In this document: positions 38,789-53,922 of the stretch, in pieces
How the letters are laid out: each line of letters starts with the position of its first letter
How positions within the stretch are numbered: position 1 is the stretch's first letter
DNA from: Trichoplax adhaerens
Lineage: Eukaryota > Animalia > Placozoa
Reading direction: 5' to 3'
DNA: 64,000 bases
Assembly: GCF_000150275.1 (NCBI RefSeq)
Contig: NW_002060958.1
Location: forward strand, 266,897 to 330,896
Translations under genes and position numbers: made by a program
Notes under the pieces: generated by a model
Databases searched by the model: none
Told to the model about the DNA's origin: nothing
Seen by the model: the letters and a program-made list of their open reading frames with translations, nothing else

Positions 38789-39075
38789 GCTGTGAGTACG
38801 CAAGTTTCAGTCGATGACACAAGCTGAAAATGAAAATGCTGAACAGTCTCGGACTTGCAAATTGGAAAACAGTTTAATGCCTGCAAATACTTCTACTGTG
38901 AAATCCAGACCTACGAGTCTGTCATGATGGTACAGTGCACCATCAGAGAGCAGATCAACTGTGAGTACGCAAGTTTCAGTCGACGACACTAGCTGAAAAT
39001 GCTGAACAGTCTCGGACTTGCAAATTGGAAAACAGTTTAATGCCTGCAATTACTTCTACTGTGAAATCCAGACCT
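38789..39075. repeat. Direct tandem duplication, ~170-bp period x2
   Basis: CTGTGAGTACGCAAGTTTCAGTCGA...TGCTGAACAGTCTCGGACTTGCAAATTGGAAAACAG...GAAATCCAGACCT starts at ~38790 and ~38959. Confidence 0.9.
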
Positions 39076-42000
39076 CGGATTGCTAGATGAGCCCGTCATG
39101 ATGTTGATGCACCATCAATTTTTATTTTGTACGCTGTACTAAGTAACTACCTTCTGATTCTGTTTCAAGAGAAGATTATTGATGTATAGACTTGCAATAT
39201 TTCTATCTATCCATATTCTAGTTGATAAACCAATTTTAACTTGTTTAAGAGAAATTTATTTTATACTGAGATAGAATAGGCTGAACTATATTTAATCTGC
39301 CCCGAATCACGATCAAAAAACGAATCCATTATCTCCTTTATTAATTTGTAATCTGTCAATCCTTTATATTAATAACCAAATAAGCTATTCGAGCTATTGA
39401 TGATAGCGCTATTCTCGTATAGCATTGAAAGCTTACTAAGTAATTTCACTTTTCCTATTGCGTTAGTCTATTTCGATTTTTAACTCATTACAATATCATT
39501 CTAACTGATTTAATCAAGAAATGCTCAATTTGTATGAGTTTATTGCCTATACTCCCATTGAAACATGGGCGTACTTGGTGATTATAGCTATATCCATACT
39601 AACGCTATTCATAGTATTAAAAGCGTTATGAAAGAAATTTGCGATCGAATTGTGCGTCCGCTATAATTGTGGTAACTTTGTTGACGAATCTGCTGGCCAC
39701 ATTTGGCCTTGCAAACGAATCGATTTCTTCAAGAGCATCTTTTCTGATCAGAATTGATGGGTGTCGTAGTCGATAATCAATTAATTATCGTCTTGCTAAC
39801 AGACACATTGGAACTAATTCTCTATAGTCTGTAATACTAATAGGCTGTAAAACTGATTCGTTCTATTCTTGTCGTTTGCAATAATAAACTAAAACTTAGA
39901 CGTAGATGAGACAAATCCTTCCGTATCGCCATGCAATAGTCATCGGCTTGTAGAAGTCTTATTAAGAAAAAAATCCGAACGGCATAATTTAAACTGTAAA
40001 TACCTATCACGTAAGATTTGAAATTGATTACTATGACCGCGATCACTATAATCTATTAGATTGATGAGATATTTCATACTGCTGCGCGTAATCGCTACAA
40101 TGTCGAAGTAACTCTTAACGTGTTATTAATAATCCAGTGGTAACAACGTTAAGTCATGCCTACAGGGATGTGTATAGTATGATCTACACTATATGGATTG
40201 ACTGAATCCAGCGATAACTTGCTACAAAATGCAGAGAAATAGACAAGTATCATGAGCTTATAGCATTCTTAAGATGCAGCTAGGTTACTAAGTAATTAGC
40301 GCAGTGTGTTTCGAAGTAAATAGACATGCCGTACATGCTATCAGTGTTGGCACGTCCTCGATTTATTCGTCTAATGTTAGCGAGTAATGGAGATCGATGC
40401 AGCTATCATCCATCATTGTAAAGATACTCCTCTTTAATGATCTTGACAGGTTAAGAGATGACTGATTCTTATTAAGATTAACCTACATAAATAAGGAATC
40501 TTGAGGTTTTAATGACGCACATAATTTAGGTTGTATATATATACAGTATGGGAAGGAATTGGCAACCGTTTAACTACTGTATGAACTCAAAGTGAAGTTA
40601 AAATGGTGGATTTAATACGAAACAACGTCGTATCCATCTACGACTCAAAATTTTATCTTCACTCATTGGTATGTTTGTACAGTAATTATATTAGAAATAT
40701 ACTGGTAACACTATAGTGAAACTTTAACGTTGCATCGGCATGTGTAGTGCTAGTGAACCCTTCTTGACCACGTTATTCTAGATTTTGATTTTTTCTGCAG
40801 TAGGGCATAAGGAGTTGATTAAACTGCTGTTAAGTAGTTACATTATTTATTTCGGACTGTGTTTAATGATATGCGTTACCTTTCAACATTCATTGATGTC
40901 TATCACATGCATAGTTTATAATGTTTTAATTCAGAAATACTAGACCATGTGTATACTCTTCGCAACTAAGCTATGGCTATAGCCAATTTGTCATGTTGCG
41001 TTAGTAGTACTATAATATTAAAATGGTGCTAAAAAGGTAGGTCATGATTGCTAATTTTAGCTTATAGATTGAGGAAAATTAAAAAAAAGTCCTAAAATAA
41101 CTGGATGGACTATAAATGTGTTCATGCTTTAAATGCTTAGAATAACATAGTACAAATTTAAATGCTTAGAATAACATAGTATAAATTTTTTTTTTTTTAA
41201 TTTAGAAGCACTGTAAGTCCTAAACATGGAGGGACTCTCGTTGCCGTACTTAATGGATAAATTATATATTAGGAGGATCTATGCAATCTAGATATGATGA
41301 TGGATTCTGTAAATGAATGGTAATGTTATGATAGCGTACTTATCAAGAACAGGTTAGTTAACATCTAAATTACAAGAGGATTATATACTATGCGATGGAA
41401 ATAGTACCATTGAATCATCAAGAAAACGTGGTAAGTTTTTGCCGTGGTGCTCCAAAGTAAAAAGTTAAATCAATAACTACGTTTATGAGAACAGGTTCGA
41501 TGTGATGCAGAAATATCATGATATTGAATTACTCGCAAGTGTATATAAGATTGGTACTATTTTATTTACGTTGGCCTCATAGCACATATTTAGGCCAAGG
41601 GTGTATTCGCAAAGGCATACCTCGTGTTGTGGAATTTATGCTTAAAATACCAGTCTTGTTAAAGCAGAGTATTACTAGCACTGTATTCTAACAAAATAGA
41701 GAGGAAATTACAGCGTAGTACTACTTGGTATAAGCAAAGTTGCTGCTGATCAAGATGTCAGTTTTACAATGTATTTACGTCATCTTAAGAATGAATTAAT
41801 TTACAGTAAATCGTTTTAGATAAGTACTGCATTAAAGTGTTGGTAATTTTTTCCGTTAATCAATTATAGAATTGGCTACAGACAAATTTCATCGTCCGAC
41901 TATAGTCTAGCGATAAAGAGAACATTGTACGGTTTTACTTTATTTAATTTTAAATGGTGTATTGTAACTGGATAAGAATGGTACTGCAAGCGAGCAGATT

Positions 42001-42571
42001 GTAACAGCAAGTGGCATAAAATGCTTCTGCTGAAAATGTTATTCCATTGGTTTATCTATTACTATTATAGACTAGCTTACACGGACCTTTTTAAATATTG
42101 TAATAAAAGGAGATTTTTATCTTCAATTTGTAGGTCTAACTTTATTGTGGTTTAGTAAACTTATCCAGAATAAGATATAGTCTGCCGCATTACAGGATGG
42201 TTTAGGAGGTTTCGGTGCGGATTTTACTTTATTTATGTCTGCCTACAGCTTGTATTAGCCTTAACAAAGGCCTGTTATGGTAGCACCGGCCATAGCAGAG
42301 GCTTATGTGATATTTCCATCATGTTCCTACGCATCAATCATTACTAGAACAACATATCTGTCACAAGCTGGTTTACAATGCAACACGAGATCTTACTGTA
42401 GAGAACTAGTTAACGTTTAGACTAGTCTAATATAATACTGAATACCGTAGTTGAACCTTAATGACAACCTCAGTAGCACACCTTAGTTGGCTTAAGTTAT
42501 AATAAAGCTTTATTAAACACAGTGAAGACCTTGACAACCAAGACTAACATAGACTCCAGTCAGTGACACTA

Positions 42572-42828
42572 ATGTCATTTTTGATGTTTCATGTTCAGCT
42601 AATTTTGCGATGAGATCTGTCATTTGCGAGAGCAATCTGGATTACATACCCGTGACCTATGATGATATCGTGATTTCAGCAAATTCATTCATTACAAGAA
42701 CATGATTTTTGATTTTTCATGTTCAGTTAATTTTACGATAAGTTCTATCGTTGGCGAGTGGTCTTGATTATCGGTATAGTATATAAATATATAGCGAGAG
42801 ATACGAGGATGTCGTGATTTCAGCAAAT
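42572..42828. repeat. Diverged ~130-bp tandem duplication
   Basis: TTTTTGAT.TTTCATGTTCAG.TAATTTT.CGAT...GAT.TCGTGATTTCAGCAAAT occurs twice. Confidence 0.75.
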
Positions 42829-43361
42829 GCCAGTGGAGATGTGTTTTGAAGGTGTAATCATAGTAACGTAAACTAAAGCTTTACTGTCATGTCGCTCTTG
42901 CAGATAAAAGTCATATCATTGGATGCAGTATTTTTGACTGTATTTGATAGTATTAATAAGAGTAACCATCTGGTAAGATTATTTCGGTTATCGTCTAACT
43001 GATCGCTTTACCAAGGCAGCTTTGGCCGTAGAAGATTCCATTTCAACTCGTCACTCCTAAGCCACCTCGTAGTCAAGGTGCAGCAGTATGGCAGTTGATG
43101 TTTTGCTTCTTCCCCGACTACAAGCCAATATGGCGTTCCCTGCCCGTGTGTGTTCAGTGTACAGTGCACAGTCCAGTACTGTACACTCAATGTACTGTAC
43201 ACTGTAGACTGTTCAGGATATCGTTTGTACGTCATGCTTATCATGGCATGGTGACGTGTCGTGGCACGTACGGCGTACTTCACGTTCAATAAAAGTGAAG
43301 TCAGGTGTAGTACGTGCTTGCATGGACACCTCAGCCCATCCTCGACTCCATTGTTGGTGGT

Positions 43362-43394
43362 CCACCACCACCACCACCACCACCACCACCACCA
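43362..43394. repeat. (CCA)11 microsatellite within a GC-richer island
   Basis: Directly visible. It produces the poly-P, poly-T and poly-W ORFs in the track. Confidence 0.95.
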
Positions 43395-46300
43395 GGGTTG
43401 TCGCAACCCTCGGTCAGACCATACAACGGTCTTCCGATAGAACCCCCCCCCCTCCCCTCTTGCGGACTGGCTGGAGTTAGCGGTACAGTAGACTACTACA
43501 GTATAGAGAAATCAGTGCTTGGGCATTTCGTATTAGGAGAAAGGCAAGAAGCTGCCTGACGACGTTGGTATTGGATCATCGATCCATCAAGCAATATTAA
43601 GTGGAAAATTTCAATATGGAGGGTAAAGTTATTCTTCAATCTTGCAAGTTATTCTTTCTTTCATGACAGTCGATCGAATGGGTTAATTCATGGATAGATT
43701 GTACTACTACCGGCGGTAGATGGATGCTCGTTGTTCTCCATCATTTCTTCTACTGAGTGACAATAGATGAATAAGTCGTAGTAAACACAATTTTGCACGT
43801 CTTGAGCTCTTGCCATTTCTATTCATGTAGAATACTGTAGAGAGGATCAGTTTGATTCTAGTATGGACTTGACAAGTTATCATCCATCATGCTTATGCAA
43901 TGGATGAAAATGTTCAATCGACTTCGATACAACTGTCTGCATAGCTTGATTGAAATGAATTATTAACGTTAACAAGCTATTGACAATTCAAAGGTACAAT
44001 TTGAATCCGCCCATCTTTTCATGGCTGCTGCATCATTAATCGATAGCACTTGCAATGCCTGTGCTGATCTATATCATGTATCATCAAATGGAGAATTTCG
44101 TCATAGCTATACTCTACATTATTGTATAGGAGGATCATGGATCATTGATTTCCTTCTTTGAATGGTTATTCTCTTTTCTACTGATTTCTCCGCAACTACA
44201 ATTGCTACTTTGCCGCTGACCGAAGACGTTCCACTTTTACTGTTAATTTCGACTCTGAGAATTGCATTTGTCCAAAATAATATGCAGCACGATATTGATC
44301 ATCAAGCCTTAACTTGAGTTCAGTACTTATAAAATGGATGCAATATCCAATCGTCTATTCATCTATCTAGGTAGTTCAAAGCCATCATTACGGCCTGCAA
44401 AAGTAGTTCTCTTCATCAAGTGTGCAGTATCTACTGCGCGATTAGAGAATTTTCATGGTTAGATATCGTTGGTCACAGCATTTTCTTTTTACCTGGAGTA
44501 ATCGTTACTATTCCATGCCAAATCATGGACTGTTCATGGTAACAGACATACTAATGATCTTCCTTGATCACAAGTTGTGTTAGACGCTGTGAATAAATGC
44601 ATGCAAATTTAACCTTCTCATTCTTTTTTTTTGTATAATCAACTATTGTAGCATTCCTGGCAACACCCAGATATTTTCTCATGATACTTTACATCATTTT
44701 ATTTTGACTCACATGGTATAGTCAATAAGTCGATTGCTACTGCACTGTCACTGTTATGATTACTATACGTTGATCGTTGCCAACTACTGCCTGAATTCAT
44801 AATAAGTTTTGGCCTCACTTATTACACATCTCCCATTTTAATATGCCTTGTATCAAATGGATTATTTCCCAATGCGAATTATTTTGACGATTTGAATGTA
44901 TCCTTCACGTTTGAAATCTTCTTCTTAACGCAACTCATACTAGCTTACTTATGACCTTTGTACTCTATATCAAGCTGATCGGTTGAATTGTTTCTTCTAC
45001 ATTCAACGATGCTATAGCAAAAAGGATGGAATATCAACAAATTTACCAATATGCTATCCACCCTGACCTGAATGACTTTCCCTTGAATTGTACTCGACCC
45101 TACAACAGCAATTAAATTAATTTTCCGTTACAATGGCCAGATGTTCATTATAGATGCCTGTTGTAACGATTCAATGAAACAGAAAAATTTCAGTTTCTTT
45201 ATTAATCTATCTACAAATGAAACGATTCCACAACCATTGTACTATTTATTTTTTTAATCTTCTATTACATTTTTGAAAGACACCAATTAAAATATTGTTT
45301 ACGCTGGCGGAGAAGAACATCATTCGTAGACATTGGTCTGATTTCAACACCGACGTGAGGTCTTGATATAGTGCAACAATCGTTATTATTGACGCTTTTA
45401 AGAACTGTTTATTGAATTTATTTTGAAATGTGAATGCCTATGATGGCCTTTAATTGGACTACGCAGTCGATATAGCGTTATGGGAGGAAAGGGGGTGGGA
45501 AGGGGAGGGGAAATAATACGATCTGCTAGAGCAATTTCCTTCCTTCTTGTCGTGATCGTCTCAGGTGGGCTTAACTGATGTTCACTGAGTCAAACATCGT
45601 AAACACAAATTTCATTCCATCCGTAAAAATAAGTCGACTAATCTCGTTGATAACCTTCGTTATATTATGCGATAATTGATTTATTATTATAATAACTCTT
45701 ACATGCAGCGGAAGCACTTGTGCACTATTTGAGAATGAATGGCTGTTTTTGGCCACCGTAAGATTAATCAATCCAAAGTTGCCAATAGTAATTATACGTA
45801 CGATGGGTTCACTTTATTAGTTCTTGTTTTAAAATACTACATAGCATATCATTGAAATTTGTAAACCTTATGCATTCAACGATCAAAGTCTTTTGATTGG
45901 TAAATTACAATTTATTGACTACGGAAATTGCATGATAGCATGATTGACACATTTTCTTCGTAGAATTCTTGACGTCCTTGTAATTACATAGATGGCGATT
46001 CTGACTGCAGTTTAACACTATTTCATTTCCAGCTGTACTCGTACGGCATGCCACGCCAATGTAATTCATCATCGGATAGTTTTATGTCATAGCAATGATT
46101 TCATCATGACTTACTGTATTTCAAGATTTTTCACATTCTTTTAATACGGAGAGATGCGTTTTATATCCTATCATGTGGATGATTGACTTAGCTATACCGT
46201 ATGCCTAACCGCAAGCGATTATCATGATCAGTGATTATAGATAAACATATTCACATCAGGTGAATCAAACGCTTCCTAAAGCCATAATAGATGATACAGT

Positions 46301-46995
46301 ATAATGCAACCAGGGGCCTTTACATTTCCAGATACTTTAGATGGTAAATCATATAATTCCTTGTAAATACTTCAATGAGTAATAATTTTAATTTGCTTGA
46401 TTTTATTCTTTCATATCTACAATATAATAATATCTGTAAAGTATTGGTTGCCTAAACTGTAAACGACGCACGTTAGCTGCAGCCTAAGATAAACAATTGT
46501 GATTCCTGAAAGTTTTAATGTGCAATACCATAAGGGAAAATATGACCTAAAATGATATTCAACTGCGACTTTTAATTGCAAAGGAATGAGTGATGAATCT
46601 GTTGTAATAATCACACATAATTTCATGCCAGGTACTATCCCATTTTGTTGAAATCTTTACAAAGTCTTGTTAGATCATGTATCTTTGATCAAAATTTGCT
46701 AGCTTAGTTAATAATTACTACACTTTATAAAGAAATATATCCATATTAAATTAAGATCTTGTTATGCAAATCGAACATTTCCCCTAGACAACAAGTGTTA
46801 TGATATTGATATCAGCCATATTTGTATGTATCTATCAACTAAAGGAAATACCAAATGGATATTAAACCATTCCTCTTGTTGTAATTTTGAATCATTGATG
46901 TCAATATCTTTGTTCGAGATTACTTATGCCCTTAAGTATGATTATCATGACTTATAACTTTATTATTTTGCCTCCTAGAGAGTGGAAATACTAGT

Positions 46996-49089
46996 ATGGG
47001 TGACAAGAAAGTAAAGTTATCAAATCCGCACTTGAAAGAAATTGATTCTGATAAACTATATCATATTGGTTTTGCGTCTTCTGATAATTTGAAAGAAGAC
47101 TTTGGAGATGTCAAGGTTAGAATCTTTAATTTTGAAGAATCAAATTTACTATTGCATCGCGATTGATTAGAGCAATGTGAAAACAATACTTTAGAATACT
47201 GTATATGATTTGATTTCGCATTGGTAACGGATAGATAAATTGTGATCTTTAGATATTTTACTAGATATTGTTGTATTACACCATCATTACTGAAAAGTTA
47301 TTGTTGCAGGCATGCCTTGTTAGTGCGTAGCTCAGTATAAGTTGAGCATTGATTATAATAAATAGATAAATTGTAATCTCTTAATATTTACTAGATTCCA
47401 TTATTATTATTACCCGTAACATTGCCAAAAAGTTGTTATAGTTATATGCTTTATTAACAGGTAGCCTTTATTAAGTATGACATAGATATCCTTGTAATTG
47501 CATTGCATTTGCTCTTATTCGTAGTTATTATTTTTAAAATAATAATTGTTTGCATTAATATTTATTTCTCATTGTTAAACTTTGTAACTAGTTAAACTTT
47601 CTAGTTCTGTTTTTGAATTTGCAGTTCGTATGCCTGGGTGGTAGCAGTGGCAGAATGAAGAGGTTTAGTCAAATGCTATGCGAAGAACTAAAAGTGAAAT
47701 TCAATTCAAATATTTCTATAGAAGACTTTACCAAAAGCGATCGATTTTCCATGTATAAAGTTGGCCCCATCATTTGTGCAAGTGTATGTTTATATTTTTC
47801 TTTAACTGCAATAAACTCTTATATCTCATTATGATTATTTTGAGGATTATTGCTAGTTAATGAATTGCTAACTTAGCCCCTGGCATGGGTTGTTGTACAG
47901 TATAGCATCTTTCAAGGAAATATTTCTTGAAATGGCTAGAATTTGATAGAACTGACTAAGCATAAAAATCAAGAGTATCGTGATAAAGCGAATTAGATGT
48001 TGTATTTAATACTAATAGCATTATTATTTTTAACATTACAGCATGGTATGGGGGTTCCTTCCGCTTCGATATTAGTTTGCGAAATGATTAAAATGTTACA
48101 TTACGCTGATGTAACAGATGTTACAATTTTTCGCGTAGGCACATCTGGTGGTTTAGGTTGGGCTTGTAATATTACTACTAATTAAATTAGTATATCTTTG
48201 CAAGAAGAATTAAATATTGTTGACTGTTGGTATATAGGAATCGATGCTGGCACCGTTGTAGTTACTAGGCGCGCTTTAGATCACAAATTTGAGCCTTTTT
48301 ATGAAATAGTAAGTTCCACTAGCTCTAACATTTTTAAAAGCCATTTATAGGTCAGTTGACGGCATAGAGATAATATTGGTAGAGGTTGTGGCAATCAGAT
48401 TCCGCAGTTTATTAATTTATTCAGAGGCAAATAAACTATTTGTTGACTCATGTTTGTTATGTTATCACATTTTAGCCCATTTTGGGAAAAACCCAAAGAT
48501 TTCCAACGGGCACCGATGATGAACTTGCAAAGGAGTTACAAGATCTTTGTGGGGATGATATACCCGTACGATATGGAGATACAATGTGTGCCAATGATTT
48601 CTATGAAGGTATTAAATACTAGCTCTAAAATGTTTCTTAAATTAAAGAACTCGCTGATATCAGCTGCTATAAATACGAGTATATACAACAACAGATCTTT
48701 TCCAGCTTTATGATTGTTGGTTAGCTTATGATATGCACATGATGCCTAATTTCATTGAGAAAAAGTTTAATTTCTTGTTCCAACTATCCGCAGCTCAAGC
48801 TCGATTAGATGGTCCGTTTTGTGGGTACACATCTGAAGAAAAAATGCAGTACTTACATGATGCTCATAAAGCTGGAGTTTTGAACGTGGAAATGGAGTGT
48901 ACTGGTTTTACGTCTTTATGTCGCCGAGCTGGCATCCGTGTTGCAATTGTCTGTGTTGCGCTTTTGAACCGTCTCAATGGCGATCAAGTATCCAAAGGAG
49001 AAATGTATCATGTTTACGAAAGACGACCTTTGGTGCTAGTTTCGAGATATATATGTAAAAAGTTGAAAGATTCACATTACTCGAAATAA
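46996..49089 (+). CDS. UPP1: Uridine phosphorylase (UPP1/UPP2 family)
   Basis: Exons 46996-47115 (NPHL...LYHIG...FGDVK), 47625-47783 (FVCLGGSSGRM...DRFSMYKVGP) and 48042-48156 (HGMGVPS...FRVGTSGGLG), then DFYE|AQARLDG, NVEMEC and LLNRLNGDQ. An acceptor just upstream of the ATG implies an additional 5' exon. Confidence 0.95.
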
Positions 49090-50228
49090 TGGTGTGATTT
49101 GATATTTAATTGCTTCCTGTACTTGTTGATTAGAATTACCATAGCGAAGCAATATTAAAAAATGTTATTTTAAGACAAATCATTTTTCAATCAATTTATG
49201 TAATCATCACTATTCATACTGTATGTCTACATCACTGGACGTATCAGAAATTTTGTACCCTTCTAATGCCAGTACACGTTAGCGTAGCGTATGCAATATA
49301 TCCATAAAAAAGTTGGAGATGTTTATGGCCGTAACGTTAAATAGCTTGATAGTAAGTTGCCATTTCAGGGATTGTTACTGTGCAGTTTATCTACACACGG
49401 TACCGTGTGTACTAAATTATTAGCCTATGTTGACGTTGTAGATCGTTCAATATCCTTGTATGCATTAGTTTCTACTTTACTGGAAATTGTTACATTGAAT
49501 ATATGGTCACAAATATACCATATGACTGAAAGCATTATTGATTATATATATTATAATTACGTTTGATTACACGAGAAGGGTTGTATTGCTTGCAATAAAG
49601 ACGACAGCATTACGGTAATGCACTTGGTATTGTATGTGAGAGATATGGAGTACTACGAATTATGTAATTAAAATACAAGTAATATGAGACGATAGATATT
49701 TATTTATTTATATAATAAAACTGGAATTGATGCAGTCAATTTATTCTCTGTCGATACGAATGAACTATCACGGTTGTCCAATAAAACCTTAGTAGGCCAG
49801 TAGTGTTATTCGGTAGGACGTTTATCCTTGCAGAAGGCGAAGAGTACGTCAGCTAGCAACCAGCACAATGTAGTAAATTGTATTTAAATTAGACTTGACG
49901 CCAGTATTTAAAAAGATAGTCATGCCATTTAAGCCCCTAAGGTGATGCTTGGCGCATAAACACAGTAGTTCGTAGTCACTCCAGTAGACAATAATGATAG
50001 ATAAGTTTATTGCCGCAATATCGTAACGACAACTGTTAACAGTATCGATTAAGAAAAAAAAATTGACTAATTCTTATAAACACGATGGGATAGTCAAGAC
50101 GGAAAGATGTAATCAAAAACTTGCAAACAACTAAATGTCGGTTTATATAAATGGCTGCACGCCCTTCCTCCTCCAGAGTCATACTTTAATACAGACCAGC
50201 GGGTGAAATAGGGCTACGGCCAAGTTAG

Positions 50229-51657
<1,429 letters not shown>

Positions 51658-52635
51658 GATGATATAATATATGAACTATAATAGATATATAATTAGCGTA
51701 GCTTAGATTTTATTACAGGATGTAGGTGAAAAAGGACTTTTATCCTATAGGAGAAAAATACGCATTAATATTGTTAGTTTTGATATCGGTCGCGTTGTCT
51801 GTTATAATTACACTGTACAGTACTGTATAATCAATTGTCTGGAGAATGTAACATTGATTTCTGTAGGAGCGAGAGTATAAAGGTAAAGTTCTGCATTCTA
51901 TTAGGCATAAACGTCATGGAAAGATGATCTTTCACGTTTGTTGAAAGTTGTACGTCAAAATCTGTTGACTCTCTGTGATATACGAGTATTGGTCTAATTA
52001 CGTTCAGAGCTGTTCATTAGACTTGATCGACTCTAAGCTCATCGAGATGATCATTTGTTCACAGTAATTATGCTAGGACATTGCTACAAAATTTGAATTG
52101 CAAGTATCAATGCAACTTATTCTCTCTCTCTAAGTAATCTATTCAACACTATCAAGATTCAACAAAAAGACTTTGTAACACTGAGAATGTTATTATGGAA
52201 TTGCTTTTATCGGTAACGGTCATTTCTACTGTTGGTGCTCCTTCATGATGATACCTAGGCTTTATCCATTTTCAATACGGTAATATTGTGCTTGAAATAC
52301 AAGCTTTACTTTTAGTATGGATATCTCGATATGACGTTATTACGGCGTTGCTATAGTACAGTATTGTAGCATGGCTATTTCTCCATCTATACTCCATTGT
52401 ATGAGGAAAGCTTTGGAGCAGTTGCAGCATCCTGCTCGCTTGCATTTCCATTTCTACACGAGGGTTTAAACAGTAAAATTCACTATTCCTAGGTGATTAT
52501 TTTATTCAATAACGTTGATGATGGGATGATCCTGATTGCTTACAACTTATTCACTAGCACTATCTTGACTAAGATATATCGATTATGCCGATGCGAAGCA
52601 GATTAAAAAATTTCTAAATGCGGCAGCCAACTTAC

Positions 52636-52681
52636 CCTCTCGGAACCGTCCTAGCTTATGGCAGTTGTGGCAAGGAAAGAA
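52636..52681 (-). promoter_or_regulatory. Putative TCT initiator / 5'TOP and 44-nt non-coding first exon of NACA
   Basis: The minus strand reads TT[C]TTTCCTT (C at 52679) ... GAGAGG|GTAAGT (donor 52635). A matching acceptor TATAG lies at 51676, 18 nt before the NACA ATG. Confidence 0.6.
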
Positions 52682-52829
52682 TTGCCTTGGATTCTAGGCC
52701 TGCGCATAAAGGTTTGTCCACGCCGGTCGCGTGAACAAGACAAGTGCCTCTAGAAAGGTCTCCACAGTACAGTACACTCTAGGCCTACAGTCGTAGACCG
52801 TACTGTACACTGTACACTACTGTACTGTA

Positions 52830-53922
52830 GCAGTCAATCTCTCCTAGTTGCTGTACTGTACACTGTACTGTACAGTACAGTACAGCAACTAGGTGTGCAG
52901 GCATACTGTAAATCACTGAATAAACTACACAGTACAGTACTGTAGCGATGGCAGCGGTACAAATCGGCTTCACTTGGATGGGGACTAGACTTTGACTGGC
53001 TGGAAGGCGTCATTTCATGCAGTGTACAATACTCCACTACAGTGTACAGTCATGAATCACTGAATACATTCTTAGAGTACTGTAGCTTTGGCAGCAGTAC
53101 AAATCGACTGCCAATCGCTGCACTTGGATTGGAGAATAGACTTTGACTGGGCGGAAGGTGTCATTTCATACAGTGTATAGTACTCCACTACAGTGTACAG
53201 TGTACAGTCGTGAATCATTGACTATTTTTAGAGTACTGTAGCTTTGGCTGCAGTACTGTATAAATCGAGTGCCAATTGCTTCACTTGGATTGGAGAATAG
53301 ACTTTGACTAGGTGGAAGGTGTCGTTTCATACAGTGTATAGCACTCCACTACAGTGTACAGTGTACAGTCGTGAATCACCGACCATTCTTAGAGTACTGT
53401 AGCTTTGGCTGCATTACAAATTGACTGCCAATTCCTTCACTTGGATTGGAGAATAGACTTTGACTGGGCGGAAGGTATCATTTCATACAGTGTATAGTAC
53501 TCCACTACAGTGTACAGTGTACAGTCGTGAATCACTGACTATTTTTAGAGTACTGTAGCTTTGGCTGCATTACAAATTGTCTGCCAATTCCTTCACTTGG
53601 ATTGGAGAATAGACTTTGACTAGGTGGAAGGTGTCATTTCATACAGTCTTTAGTATTCCACTACAGTGTACAGTGTACAGTGTACAGTCGTGGATCACTG
53701 ACTATTTTTAGAGTACTGTAGCTTTGGCTGCAGTACAAATCGACTGCCAATTGCTTCACTTGGATGTGAGAGTAGACTTTGACTAGGTGGAAGGTGTCAT
53801 TTCATACAGTGTATAGTACTCCACTACAGTGTACAGTGTACAGTGTACAGTCGTGAATCACCGACTATTCTTAGAGTACTGTAGCTTTGGCTGCAGTACA
53901 AATCGACTGCCAATTGCTTCAC
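52830..53922. repeat. Satellite-like tandem array, ~150-163-bp unit, ~6-7 copies, between divergent NACA and KANSL2
   Basis: CACTTGGAT...AGACTTTGACT..GGAAGGTGTCATTTCAT...CACTACAGTGTACAG starts at ~52971, 53121, 53282, 53438, 53594 and 53757. Confidence 0.95.

Noticed and set aside
41148-41186. Small local duplications (29 bp here; also ~37626-37740 and ~47230-47400)
   Set aside because: Ordinary slippage-type duplications with no further structure.
43008-43480. Poly-Trp and poly-Thr ORFs
   Set aside because: They are alternative frames of the (CCA)n microsatellite.
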